The notes under the pieces were generated by a model that saw only the letters and a program-made list of their open reading frames with translations, searched no databases and was not told where the DNA came from. The position numbers and the translations under genes were made by a program. A stretch of DNA of 64,000 nt from a bacterium (GTDB lineage Bacteria; SAR324; NAC60-12): contig CBDDTI010000746.1 in NCBI GenBank assembly GCA_965233585.1, positions 576,001-640,000 of the forward strand, written 5' to 3'. Shown here piece after piece: positions 1-9,989 of this stretch (the stretch's first letter is position 1; every line of letters begins with the position of its first letter).

Positions 1-58
1 GCACGAAATGCTAGGATATTTGATTGACTCATTTTATTGCAATCTCCTCAAATGTCTC

Positions 59-2002
59 ATGTTATCCATTGCTAATCTGACAATGCAGTATGGTGATGCT
101 CCACTGTTTGAGAATGTCAGTTTAAGCTTTTATCAGCCCAATCGCTATGGCATTGTTGGGGCAAATGGCTCTGGCAAATCCACTTTACTTCGTCTCTTAC
201 TCCATGAAGTCCCCCCCACAGAAGGCGAAGTTTCCATTCCGCAAGATGTCTATGTTGCCGCACTGAAGCAAGACCATTTTCAATATGAAGACCAATCACC
301 AATGGAGGTTGTCTTGCAAGGGAATCCAGAGCTTTGGAAGGCACTCAAGGAAAAAGAGAGCCTGCTGGAGAGTGAAGATGCCCAGACAAACGACACTATC
401 GGTTATCGCCTTGGCGAGCTTGAAGAAACCATCGCACACCATGACGGATACAACGCAGAACATCAAGCAGCAGAAATTTTGCAAGGATTGGGCTTGGAAC
501 TCAAACAGCATCATCAGCCTATGAGTCTGCTTTCTGGTGGTTTCAAACTCCGTGCATTGCTGGCACAAACACTTTTTAGAAAACCTGAAATCCTATTGTT
601 AGACGAACCAACCAACCATCTTGACATTGTTTCTATCTATTGGCTTGAAGAGTTTTTAAAAAAGGATTTTCAAGGTGTGCTTTTAGTGGTGTCGCATGAC
701 CGCTACTTTCTTAATTCTGTGACAACTCATATTGTTGATGTGGATTATGGCACCATGCAAATTTACACGGGTGACTACGACCAATTTGTGCAAGCGAAGG
801 CATTGGATTCAGAACAAAGGGAGCGAGAGGCTTCTAATCAAGAGAAAAAAATTGCACACATGCAAGCATTTGTAGACCGTTTCAAAGCCAAAGCGACAAA
901 GGCACGTCAGGCTCAGTCAAGAGTCAAACAGATTGAAAAAATGGAAGCTCCAGAAATTCGCTACTCTACAAGGGTCAGCCCTTCTTTCAATTTTCAGGCG
1001 GTGCGTCCTTCAGGCAAGGACGTTCTACAAGTCAAAGAGCTTTCTAAAAACTTTGGTGAAAAGCAGGTTTTGTGCAATGTGAGCTTTGAAGTCAGTCGGG
1101 GAGACAAAGTAGCCATCATTGGTCCAAACGGCATAGGCAAGTCCACCCTTCTTAAAATTTGCATGGAGCATTTAACAGCTTCTAAAGGCAAGGTTGAGTG
1201 GGGATATGAGGCACAAAAATCTTATTTTGCCCAAGACTTAGCTGAAGACTTTCGGCACAAAACATCAGTTTATGAGTGGCTTTATCAATTTGCTCCACAA
1301 GAGTCAGTGGGCAAGATACGTTCCTATTTAGGGCGTGTTTTATTTTCAGGCGATGATGTTCACAAGTTCACAAATTCCTTGAGTGGAGGAGAGTCAGCAA
1401 GATTAATGCTTGCCAAAATCATGCTCACACAGCCCAATGTCATTTTACTTGACGAACCAACCAATCATCTGGATATGGAAAGCCTAGAGGCACTGGAAAA
1501 CGCATTACAGCACTACGAACACACCCTCCTTTTTGTCAGCCATGACCGACGTTTTGTTGGACAAGTTGCCACCAAAATTCTGGCTCTTTCTCATCAATCT
1601 GTCAGATATTTTGACGGAACGTATGATGAATATCTGGAAAAATATGGAGAAGACTACCTTGACAAAGACCAACTTGCCAAAATCGTCAGACAAAAGAATT
1701 TACCAAGCAAACAGGCTTTAAGCTATCAGGAAAGAAAAGACTTACAACGTCAGCAAAATCAAATTCAAAAGCAGATTGAAAAGTGCGAGGAACAATCTGC
1801 CAAAGAAGAAAGCACCCTTGCCAAAATTCAACAAGAGTTTGCAAATCCTGCATTGTACGAAAACGAAAACCATCAAAAAATCCAGCATTTGACAAAGCAA
1901 AAACAACAAGTTCAGCAAAAATTAGATGCCTTCGTCGCACAGTGGGAAGAGTTGTCCGAGCAGCTAGAAAAAGTGGAAGCTAAGCTGACTGCTTGCCTCT
2001 AA
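59..2002 (+). CDS. ABC-F family ATPase (YbiT/Uup-like)
   Basis: Two Walker A motifs (GANGSGKST, GPNGIGKST), LSGG signatures, two LLDEPTNHLD motifs, no TM segments, C-terminal coiled coil. Start placed at ATG 59; ORF is open from 8. Confidence 0.92.
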   Translation: MLSIANLTMQYGDAPLFENVSLSFYQPNRYGIVGANGSGKSTLLRLLLHEVPPTEGEVSIPQDVYVAALKQDHFQYEDQSPMEVVLQGNPELWKALKEKESLLESEDAQTNDTIGYRLGELEETIAHHDGYNAEHQAAEILQGLGLELKQHHQPMSLLSGGFKLRALLAQTLFRKPEILLLDEPTNHLDIVSIYWLEEFLKKDFQGVLLVVSHDRYFLNSVTTHIVDVDYGTMQIYTGDYDQFVQAKALDSEQREREASNQEKKIAHMQAFVDRFKAKATKARQAQSRVKQIEKMEAPEIRYSTRVSPSFNFQAVRPSGKDVLQVKELSKNFGEKQVLCNVSFEVSRGDKVAIIGPNGIGKSTLLKICMEHLTASKGKVEWGYEAQKSYFAQDLAEDFRHKTSVYEWLYQFAPQESVGKIRSYLGRVLFSGDDVHKFTNSLSGGESARLMLAKIMLTQPNVILLDEPTNHLDMESLEALENALQHYEHTLLFVSHDRRFVGQVATKILALSHQSVRYFDGTYDEYLEKYGEDYLDKDQLAKIVRQKNLPSKQALSYQERKDLQRQQNQIQKQIEKCEEQSAKEESTLAKIQQEFANPALYENENHQKIQHLTKQKQQVQQKLDAFVAQWEELSEQLEKVEAKLTACL

Positions 2003-2091
2003 ATCAAAATTCCCATGAAACACCACCAATTCTAACAATGCGTTTCATCTGTTTTTTGTTCATCAATCTTGCCTGTTCAAAAGGCTATTTT

Positions 2092-3849
2092 ATGAAGTAC
2101 AGACTGGCATTTGCAAAGTTTGTCTTCACTCTGACTCTCTCCTTCCTTGCTTTATTCAGCTTTGATGCCTCAGCGTCTGATTTAAATGCAGTCTTAGACA
2201 AAACAACAGGGACTTTGGAGGATTTTTTTCAAATGGAAGTCACACTTGAAAACAAGGAACATGAAGACTCCCCAAGAGTCATTTCAAACGATGATTTTGA
2301 GGTGCAATATCAAGGGCAAAGTGTCAGCAGCCAGTGGATCAATGGCGTCTCTAGTCGTCAAACTACATTCAGATTCCTTCTTGAACCCAAACGAGTTGGC
2401 ACTTTGCAAAGCCCTGTGATTGAACTCAAAGTCGGTGGCACTTGGCAGAGGTCTCCATCTTATCAAATCACAGTAGAAAAGCCCCAAATCGTCACTGATG
2501 ACAGCCAAGAACTCCCTGCCGCCTTTGTCAAAGCAGAGTTTCTGCCCCAAGACGTTTATCTGAATCAGCAAGCCACTTACAAAGTTTTGTTTTTTGTACA
2601 ATCTGACTTGCGTGTAGATGAGCTTCAACTGCAAAGCCCCCAGATGCAAGATTTGACCTCTTATGAGCTAGAAGAAACCCCAACATACACGCAGGTTTTG
2701 CAAGGCAGACGCTACCTTGTTTATACCCATCAGGTCGCTGTCTTTCCTCATTCAACAGGAGAAAAACAACTCTTAGCAGGCAAGATTTCAGGCAAACAAC
2801 TTTTTGGCAACAACAATCTTTTTGGAAGTTTTTCATTATTTGATGCAAAACCCTTCCGCTTGTTAATCCCTGAAACCACTTTGCAAGTCAACCCACTACC
2901 CAATCAGCAAAGACCAAAGAGTTTTTACGGCTTGGTTGGGAATTATAGTCTTGATGCCTCCTTGTCTGCAGAACAGATTCAAGTTGGAGAAGTCTCTACC
3001 TTGACCATTCGTGTTCAAGGCAACGGACTGGCAGAAAGTGTCCAAGCACCAGAGATTCAAACCACTCCTGAACTTAAAATCTACCGAGACCAGCCAACCT
3101 ATCAAAATGAAACCAATCAGGAACAGCTCACTGGAACAGCAGAGTTTAAAATAGTACTGAGCCCAAGCCGAGCAGGAGATTACACCATTGCACCAGTCAG
3201 TTTGAACGTCTTTCACCCCGAAACTGGACAATATCAAACATTGACCACACCCGCACTGACTTTGCGTGCTGGTGGCGTCAATCCTGACCAAGTCTTGCAA
3301 GACCCTACAACAGATCAAGGACAGGAAGCCATTGAAAAGCCAGATTTGCCAAGACCCATCTTTCGTGGAGAACTGGCACAAGCACGTTCCAGTAATACAT
3401 GGCTCATCGTGAGTCTGTTCATACTTCCTGTCATTGGATTCGTTTTATTAGAAAGCATCAAAGCCTATTTGAGGTATTTGCAAAGCAATGCTCAAGAAAT
3501 CCGTCAACAAAAGGCTTTCCAAACCTTCCAAAAATCTTTGAAAAAACAACAAAACTTGCCCACAGATCAAGCACAAGCACAATGGACAGCCTCTTGCATC
3601 AGGCAATACATCAGCGACAAATTGATGTGTCAAGCAGAAGCCTTTAATTCCGCTGAAGTTCAAGACTTATTAGCCAAGCAAAATCTGGACACACACCTTG
3701 TCGGGCAGGTTTATCAAAATCTTCTGCATTATGAAATCGTTTGTTATGGGGGTGGAAAACTGGGGTCTCATCTCAATTTACTAGAGACGATGGCACAGTT
3801 AGACCAAGCACTCAAAGACATGTTAAAAGAAGACAAGTTAAGAAATTGA
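2092..3849 (+). CDS. BatD-family protein
   Basis: Signal peptide (ASA-S), repeated Ig-like BatD modules (QSVSSQWINGVSS, FYGLVGNYSL, VQGNG), one C-terminal TM helix. Confidence 0.8.
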   Translation: MKYRLAFAKFVFTLTLSFLALFSFDASASDLNAVLDKTTGTLEDFFQMEVTLENKEHEDSPRVISNDDFEVQYQGQSVSSQWINGVSSRQTTFRFLLEPKRVGTLQSPVIELKVGGTWQRSPSYQITVEKPQIVTDDSQELPAAFVKAEFLPQDVYLNQQATYKVLFFVQSDLRVDELQLQSPQMQDLTSYELEETPTYTQVLQGRRYLVYTHQVAVFPHSTGEKQLLAGKISGKQLFGNNNLFGSFSLFDAKPFRLLIPETTLQVNPLPNQQRPKSFYGLVGNYSLDASLSAEQIQVGEVSTLTIRVQGNGLAESVQAPEIQTTPELKIYRDQPTYQNETNQEQLTGTAEFKIVLSPSRAGDYTIAPVSLNVFHPETGQYQTLTTPALTLRAGGVNPDQVLQDPTTDQGQEAIEKPDLPRPIFRGELAQARSSNTWLIVSLFILPVIGFVLLESIKAYLRYLQSNAQEIRQQKAFQTFQKSLKKQQNLPTDQAQAQWTASCIRQYISDKLMCQAEAFNSAEVQDLLAKQNLDTHLVGQVYQNLLHYEIVCYGGGKLGSHLNLLETMAQLDQALKDMLKEDKLRN

Positions 3850-3853
3850 AGTC

Positions 3854-5251
3854 ATGCTGAAAAATCGTGCTCAGATTGTCGCCTTTGCCTTACTGATTTT
3901 GGACATGATGTTTGTCTTGGTGGCATGGGAGTTTGCTTATATCTTCCGATTCTTCCTCTTTGATTTTCCCAAAGCTGTTCACATTCCCAATCATGTTCCA
4001 TACCTCATCGGTGGTTTGACTGTCATGTTCATTGCTTGTCTGGTCTTTACATTTTCAGGTCTTTATCATGTCAAAGCCATTTTAAGCCACCAAAACTCAC
4101 ACGTTAAATTATTACAAGCCAGCCTCTTTCTGTTCCTCACCATTCCCACCGTGCCTTTTTTTTACAGAGAGTTTTCTTTTTCTCGTCTTCATGCGGTGTA
4201 CTTCATGCTGTTTCTCATCATCAGCCTCTTTGGTATGAGGCAAGTGATGCGGTGGATTCTGAAACGATGCCATCAACAAGGACTGTATCTTGGGCGGAGC
4301 TTGCTGATTGGAACGTCTCAACACTCCACAACATTTGACCAAACACTAAGACAGCATATTGGGTATGGACTGAAAATTGAGGGAGTCGTCGTGGTGTCTC
4401 AACAAGAAGTCATAGAAGGGAACATTAAAACGTTGGGAACGTTAGAAAAACTGCCAGAAATCCTTGCAACCTATCAAATAGACCGCGTGTTTATGCTCCG
4501 TTCTGCATACGAATATAAACACTTTGCAGACATAGAACATTTACTACATGAGCAATTTGTAGATGTTTGCATCATTCCAGATTTGCAACAGTGGGCAACG
4601 CTTTCCTTTGAAGTAGAGCAATTAGGTGATTTGACTTTGATGACTTTAGTGCAAAGTCCCGTGACGGGCTGGCAACGTGTCTTTAAACGAACATTTGACC
4701 TCGTCGGCGCTTTGACTGCAATCATTCTCTTTGCTCCAGTCATGGTGCTGGTGGCGATTGCTATTAAGCTCACGTCTCATGGACCAATCTTTTATCGTCA
4801 AGAACGAATGGGGCTAGATGGTCAACATTTTGGGACGCTTAAATTCCGCTCTATGCGTGTAGATGCAGAAAAGGAAACAGGAGCAATCTGGGCAAAGTCA
4901 AATGATGACAGACGCACTCCCATTGGCGCATTGTTACGCAAAACCAGCCTTGATGAACTGCCCCAACTCTTCAATGTGATTCTAGGAGAAATGAGCCTTG
5001 TCGGACCACGACCTGAACGTCCTGTATTTATTGAACAATTTAAAACACAAATTCCCAAATACATGCTGCGGCACAAAGTGAAAGCAGGCATCACAGGCTG
5101 GGCGCAGGTCAATGGGTGGAGAGGAGACACCTCTCTGGAACAACGAATCAAATGCGACCTCTACTATATCCAACACTGGTCTCTTTGGTTGGACGTCAAA
5201 ATTCTCTTTTTGACAGTCTTCACAGGATTTACCAATCCCAATGCTTATTAG
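3854..5251 (+). CDS. Undecaprenyl-phosphate sugar phosphotransferase (WcaJ/WbaP family)
   Basis: N-terminal TM helices; [35 protein letters not shown] and [12 protein letters not shown] motifs. Confidence 0.93.
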   Translation: MLKNRAQIVAFALLILDMMFVLVAWEFAYIFRFFLFDFPKAVHIPNHVPYLIGGLTVMFIACLVFTFSGLYHVKAILSHQNSHVKLLQASLFLFLTIPTVPFFYREFSFSRLHAVYFMLFLIISLFGMRQVMRWILKRCHQQGLYLGRSLLIGTSQHSTTFDQTLRQHIGYGLKIEGVVVVSQQEVIEGNIKTLGTLEKLPEILATYQIDRVFMLRSAYEYKHFADIEHLLHEQFVDVCIIPDLQQWATLSFEVEQLGDLTLMTLVQSPVTGWQRVFKRTFDLVGALTAIILFAPVMVLVAIAIKLTSHGPIFYRQERMGLDGQHFGTLKFRSMRVDAEKETGAIWAKSNDDRRTPIGALLRKTSLDELPQLFNVILGEMSLVGPRPERPVFIEQFKTQIPKYMLRHKVKAGITGWAQVNGWRGDTSLEQRIKCDLYYIQHWSLWLDVKILFLTVFTGFTNPNAY

Positions 5252-5307
5252 TATAAGCTCAGTTTAAAACTCACCTTCGTCATTGTAGTGTTTTTTCCCA
5301 TTTCCCT

Positions 5308-5692
5308 GTCATTGCGGGCTTGACACAGAATCTCAAAAACAAAAGGAGATTGCGGGTCAAGCCCGCAATGACGGAGGAAGTGAGGAAATTAGAGAAAAAT
5401 GAAGACATTCTTTGTCATTCCGTCTCTCCCTCAGTCATTCCGCACTTGATGCGGAATCTATCAGCAAACCAAGCATAGATTCCTAACGTGACTGGATTCC
5501 TGACCCTGTTTTCACAGGGGGGACGTTCTTTCGCTCCGAATGACAATAGTTGTCATTGCGGGCTTGACCCGCAATCTCAAAAACCCTCTGTCATTCCGCA
5601 CTTGATGCGGAATCTCAAAAGAAGAATGCAAACACAATGAGAAAAAACAAAAGAAGAACAAGAGTGAGATTGCGGGTCAAGCCCGCAATAAC
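5308..5692. repeat. Cluster of at least six REP-like palindromes, consensus GTCATT(G/C)CG-N7/8-CG(C/G)AATCTC, in both orientations
   Basis: Copies at 5308-5334, 5346-5372 (rc), 5434-5459, 5552-5578, 5590-5616 and 5666-5692 (rc), between convergent genes. Confidence 0.9.
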
Positions 5693-5720
5693 AGAGGAAT
5701 GAGAGAAAATGGAAGGTTGC

Positions 5721-8700
5721 TTATTGTGGGAACTGGACGTCATCAATCCAGACGGCATCGCTTCCTTCGCTGTCGGAACTGTCCTTCTTGTAGCACCATT
5801 TGAAGGTGTGGCTTCCAGCAGAGACGTTGAAACTGGCTTGCTTCCAAGCAATCGTTCCGCTTTTGCCTCCCAGCTTTTCTGAAGACCCGATGTAAAAGAA
5901 GAGTTTGTCATACCTTCGTTCTGAACTCACTTTGTAGTGAAACTTGATTTGTCCGTCTGAAACGGTTTGAGTCGTTTGGACACAAGTTTCTTGATTGTTC
6001 CCAATGCTTGCAGACTTAAGGCTTTTGGAACTGCCACTTGCACCACCAGAGACCACCGACCAGTTGCCACTCAAACCACTAGGCTTTTTATTGTCCTCAA
6101 AACTCCAAATTTGAGAAGACGGAGGACCAAATGCCCAAACATCGTTTTTGTTACTTCCGCCATATCCTCCCGTGACCCAGATTTTGTTATTGAACACAAC
6201 GCTGGTGTGGGTATGCCTTCTTGACCAGCCTGCTGAATCAGTGACCTTTGTCCAATTCTTGCCATCAACACTACTCCAAACATCGTTGTTGTAGGGACCT
6301 CCTCCCCCCCCGATGACCCAGATTTTGTTATTGAAGACGACGCTGGTGTGTTCATACCTGCTTGACCAGCCTGCTGAATCAGTGACCTTTGCCCAATTCT
6401 TGCCATCAACACTACTCCAAACATCGTTTTTGTAACTTCCGTCATATCCCCCGATGACCCAGATTTTGTTATTGAAGACGACGTTGGTGTGTCCATACCT
6501 GCTTGACCAGCCTGCTGCATCAGTGACTTTTGTCCAGTTTTTACCATCAGAAGAACTCCACACATCGTTTTTGTAACTTCTGTCATTTCCCCCGATGACC
6601 CAGATTTTGTTATTGAAGACGACGCTGTTGTGTCCATACCTGCTTGACCAGCCTGCTGAACTTGTGATCTTTGTCCAATTCTTGCCATCAGAAGAACTCC
6701 AAACATCGTTTTTGCGCCTTCCGTCATATCCCCCCATGACCCAGATTTTGTTATTGAAGACGACGCTGGTGTAATTATCCCTCCTTGACCAGCCTGCTGA
6801 ACTTGTGATCTTTGTCCAATTCTTGCCATCAGAAGAACTCCAAACTTCGTTTGAAAAAGGATAACCTCCGCCCATGATCCAGAGTTTATTTTGAAACACC
6901 ACAGAGGTATGACCAGCTCTTTTTGACCAGCCTGTGTTGTCATTGGGTTTGATTTCTTTCCAAGTGAATTTTGAGATGTCATGGGAGGCAGCAGAAGAGT
7001 CTGGAAAGTTGACTTGGTCAATCCAAGCGGCATCGTCTCCTCTACTGAGAGCATAGTCTTTTTTGTAGCACCATTTGAAGGTGTGGCTTCCTGCAGAGAC
7101 AGCATAGCTGGCTTGTGTCCAGCCGATGTTTCCACTTTTGCCTCCTAGCTTTTCAGCAGAGTCAATGTAGAAGAAGAGTTCGTCATAATTTTGTTCTGAA
7201 CTGACTTTGTATTGAAATTCCACGTCTCCTGCCGAGACATTGCGTGTCGTTTGAACACAAGCCTGTTGATTGCTACTGATGTTTGCAGATTTGAGGCTTT
7301 TGGAAGTGCTGTTTGCCCCACCAGAGACAACAGACCAGTTGCCTGTTAAGCCATTTGGCTTGTTGCCGTTGTCAAAGTTCCAAGTGACTGCTTGGCTGAC
7401 AGCAGGGGCTTTTTGAGCAATGTCTTGGTCATAGCAAGCCCAGTCTGAAGCAGGAGTGTTGCCTGAGGCTTTGACACGAACGCACAGCTTGTCTTTGGCA
7501 ATGGCATCATCACCAAAACTAAAGGGGCTGTTGCAGTTGGTTTTGGTTGTGCCTGCATCTTTGGAACATTCATAGCTGTTGCCTGAAGTCATGTTAAAGG
7601 TCAGGCTTCTAGCAGAGACAGCAAGCGCAGTTGGTGCATTAGGTGCTGTGCTGACAGCAGTGCTTGTCTGGTAAGGACTCCAATCTCCGTCATCATCTTT
7701 GGCACGAATGCGGAAAGTGTAGCTGGTGGCAGGTTGCAGCGATTGAAAGGTGTATGCCGTGTCAGTTGTGGTGCTTGTGCCTGACCAGAATCCATTGCCT
7801 GTTTTGTAAGAGATTTCGTAGCCTGACACCTGTCCATCGGAATCTGTGGCTGCAGTCCATGAGACTTTGATGCTGTCTGCAGTGACATCGCTGGTGCTGA
7901 TGTTGCTGGGTTTTTCAGGTGGTTTGTTGGCAGCAGGAAGCGTCTGGACAGGCTTGCTTTCTTCATAATCACTCCAAGCATTTTCATCATCTTTGGCACG
8001 GACACGAAAGGTGTAGCTGGTGTCAGGTTGCAAACCAGAGACGATGACGTTTGTTTGAGTGGTGTCTGTGCCGACTTGCCAGTTTCCGTTGCCTGTTTTG
8101 TGAGAGACCTCATAACCTGTCACTTCACCATCAGGGTCTGCAGAAGGTGACCAACTTAACTGCAAACTATTAGAGGTCACTTGGCTAATCTTCAAGTCTT
8201 CTGGCTTCTCTGGCTCTTGATTCTTCGCAACAACAGCATTGACCAAGTCCTTCGTCAGCGTCAAATTCTTGTTCAATGTAAACTTCAAGTTGGTGTTTTT
8301 GTCCAGCTGAAAAGGCTTACTCCGAATCAAAGTTTGACCTGTGTCTAAACTGACCACAGAAAAGAAGAAGTCATTAGCATTCCCGTTAGGATAATGCCTT
8401 CCGTTGACTAAAATCATCTTGAAATTGCTATCGTCCTTGTTCAAATCTGGACAACTGCATTCTACATTAAATAATGCCTCATCGCTGTTTCTCACGGTCA
8501 GCATCACATCTTGGTCAGAAGAGTTGAGAAAGTTGATTTTTGCCACGCTCAAGACTTGTTGTTTGGGAATGATGATGCGTTTTTTGTCATCTTTGTTAAA
8601 GACTAGATTCTTCACAAGAACAGGGTTTTGGAAGTCAATCTCCCCTGAATCTTTGTGCGAATAAAACATCAGCAGGCTAGCACCGACAGGAATCTTGATT

Positions 8701-9419
8701 TGATAGTTCAGTTCCTTGCTGGCAATGACGCCAATTTGCTGATTCTGCGAACTGCCTTGAAAAATAGACACCTTCTCATCACGATTGTTTCGCACCATCA
8801 ACATGCCATAGTCTGAATTGGACTCCTCAGTGCCTATCACAAAACTGGATTTGGCTGATGGAATGAACCCACTTTGCATAAAAGCCGTTGGCATTTGGGA
8901 ATCCTCGCAGTCTGCTTTAAAATAGTCTTGCACGGCTGGCATCTTGAAGGCGAACACGGTGACGATGGAACTCGTTCTTTTGGAAATGTCCACCTTGACC
9001 CCTTTCTGCTTGGCGCCAATGACAGCAATCACATCGTCAGTATTTAGATTACTGGAATACGAAAGCAGGACATCGGTATTGAGTGAATTGAAGATGGCAA
9101 GATTGCCTGTGCCTTGCGTCAGGGCTTTGGGAATCTCCAGACACACCGACTCGCCTGACTCTTGTTCTTGCGTCGCAGCGGTGTGTTTGGCTGACACTGA
9201 CACAGCACCATCTTCACCGCAGCCAATCAAAACACTGAAGCACAGCAGAAGCGAACATTTTTTTAAGAATGTTGAGGGTTTGAGGAACGATGCCAGAATC
9301 TTTTTGACATCAATCTCCTTTCTGTTTTTCAAGAAGGAGGGTTGAGGGAACGATGCCAAAGCATCAGTGCAGGACACAACTGCTTGGGAAAACATGTTGA
9401 TTGTACGAAATGCAAACAT
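5721..9419 (-). CDS. Large modular surface lipoprotein: unknown N-terminal region, 2 Fn3 domains, beta-sandwich module, 6 Kelch-like repeats, second beta-sandwich module
   Basis: Lipobox VLIG-C; Fn3 motifs (LQPDTSYTFRVRA, LQPATSYTFRIRA); 47-aa repeats VFNNKIWVIGG...NDVWSSxDGKNW; duplicated YKVSSE...HTFKWCYKKD...WID module. Start at ATG 9419 (GGAG 8 nt upstream) is uncertain. Confidence 0.85.
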   Translation of the reverse strand: MFAFRTINMFSQAVVSCTDALASFPQPSFLKNRKEIDVKKILASFLKPSTFLKKCSLLLCFSVLIGCGEDGAVSVSAKHTAATQEQESGESVCLEIPKALTQGTGNLAIFNSLNTDVLLSYSSNLNTDDVIAVIGAKQKGVKVDISKRTSSIVTVFAFKMPAVQDYFKADCEDSQMPTAFMQSGFIPSAKSSFVIGTEESNSDYGMLMVRNNRDEKVSIFQGSSQNQQIGVIASKELNYQIKIPVGASLLMFYSHKDSGEIDFQNPVLVKNLVFNKDDKKRIIIPKQQVLSVAKINFLNSSDQDVMLTVRNSDEALFNVECSCPDLNKDDSNFKMILVNGRHYPNGNANDFFFSVVSLDTGQTLIRSKPFQLDKNTNLKFTLNKNLTLTKDLVNAVVAKNQEPEKPEDLKISQVTSNSLQLSWSPSADPDGEVTGYEVSHKTGNGNWQVGTDTTQTNVIVSGLQPDTSYTFRVRAKDDENAWSDYEESKPVQTLPAANKPPEKPSNISTSDVTADSIKVSWTAATDSDGQVSGYEISYKTGNGFWSGTSTTTDTAYTFQSLQPATSYTFRIRAKDDDGDWSPYQTSTAVSTAPNAPTALAVSARSLTFNMTSGNSYECSKDAGTTKTNCNSPFSFGDDAIAKDKLCVRVKASGNTPASDWACYDQDIAQKAPAVSQAVTWNFDNGNKPNGLTGNWSVVSGGANSTSKSLKSANISSNQQACVQTTRNVSAGDVEFQYKVSSEQNYDELFFYIDSAEKLGGKSGNIGWTQASYAVSAGSHTFKWCYKKDYALSRGDDAAWIDQVNFPDSSAASHDISKFTWKEIKPNDNTGWSKRAGHTSVVFQNKLWIMGGGYPFSNEVWSSSDGKNWTKITSSAGWSRRDNYTSVVFNNKIWVMGGYDGRRKNDVWSSSDGKNWTKITSSAGWSSRYGHNSVVFNNKIWVIGGNDRSYKNDVWSSSDGKNWTKVTDAAGWSSRYGHTNVVFNNKIWVIGGYDGSYKNDVWSSVDGKNWAKVTDSAGWSSRYEHTSVVFNNKIWVIGGGGGPYNNDVWSSVDGKNWTKVTDSAGWSRRHTHTSVVFNNKIWVTGGYGGSNKNDVWAFGPPSSQIWSFEDNKKPSGLSGNWSVVSGGASGSSKSLKSASIGNNQETCVQTTQTVSDGQIKFHYKVSSERRYDKLFFYIGSSEKLGGKSGTIAWKQASFNVSAGSHTFKWCYKKDSSDSEGSDAVWIDDVQFPQ
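6130..6960 (-). repeat. Six tandem ~141-bp Kelch-like coding repeats
   Basis: The ccaaacatcgtt-type motif recurs every 141 nt (about 6135, 6276, 6417, 6558, 6699, 6840). Confidence 0.9.
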
Positions 9420-9440
9420 CTGATTAACTCCATGAGAGGT

Positions 9441-9580
9441 GAAACAAAACAACAGCACCCCCTGCGGGTGCTGTCATACGAAAAACTCTCCTCTTGAAAT
9501 GAAAACCTCATTTGTTTTCAAGATGAGAGTTTTGCGAAAAGCCAAAACGGGCATTATGCACGTACAAAAAAAAAAAACAA
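9441..9580 (-). promoter_or_regulatory. Putative sigma70 promoter (TTGTTT-16 nt-CATAAT) with T12 tract, then a structured leader (long hairpin plus terminator-like hairpin)
   Basis: -10 at 9553-9558; -35 at 9575-9580; stem 9482-9533; hairpin ACAGCACCC/GGGTGCTGT at 9452-9474 followed by a U-rich tail; near-identical copy at 62969-63103. Confidence 0.65.
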
Positions 9581-9788
9581 GCCAACGTTTTTAATTTTTG
9601 GGTCATTTTTTAGTTTTTTAGGGAATTTTTTGGCTTTTTTGGAAAAAAGAGGAAGGTCAGGAAGTCAGAAAAGATAAGGGTTTGAAAGGTTTTGAAAAAA
9701 ATTTAAAAAGTTTTAAAAAGTTTTGAAGATTTTTCAAAAAAAGGAAAAAAGGAGCAGATTGGAAGAAAAGAGACAACAAAAGATGCGG

Positions 9789-9812
9789 TTGCGGGGCAAG
9801 GGGAGGAATGAC
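9789..9812 (-). repeat. Degenerate REP-like palindrome
   Basis: Reverse complement reads GTCATTCCTCCCCTTGCCCCGCAA, similar to the copy at 61798-61825. Confidence 0.55.
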
Positions 9813-9960
9813 GGGGAAGTGAGAAAAAGGGGGTACCTTGTTAGAGAGTATGAATCCTTTGTAAGCAGGGAAGATTCAAGGAGAGACAAGGAAAAAGGAA
9901 ACTAAAAATAGCTGAATACGTATGTTCCTAATTTAATTTTTAATAAAAATAATTTATTTT

Positions 9961-9989
9961 TTGACAAAATAAATCAAGTCAACAATAAT
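9961..9989 (+). promoter_or_regulatory. Putative sigma70 promoter upstream of the dksA-like gene
   Basis: TTGACA-17 nt-AATAAT; overlapped by the inverted repeat TTGAC-N12-GTCAA. Confidence 0.45.

Noticed and set aside
5308..5692. CRISPR array
   Set aside because: Repeats occur in both orientations with irregular spacing and variable cores, and there are no cas genes; this fits REP-like elements.
6130..6960. Complete diversity-generating retroelement
   Set aside because: No reverse transcriptase, accessory gene or non-coding template repeat in the window; kept only as a hypothesis in the findings.
6071..7135. 354-aa alternative-frame ORF, and similar shadow ORFs (e.g. 7601-8113, 19857-20213, 60410-60934)
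   Set aside because: By-products of repetitive or biased coding sequence in the real gene.
9441..9546. c-di-GMP-I (GEMM) riboswitch
   Set aside because: GCAAAAC is present, but there is no GNRA tetraloop/receptor pair or the rest of the consensus.
9600..9960. 60-aa ORF 9723-9905 or an RNA gene in the purine-rich stretch
   Set aside because: Low-complexity A/G-rich intergenic DNA with no RBS or recognisable fold.
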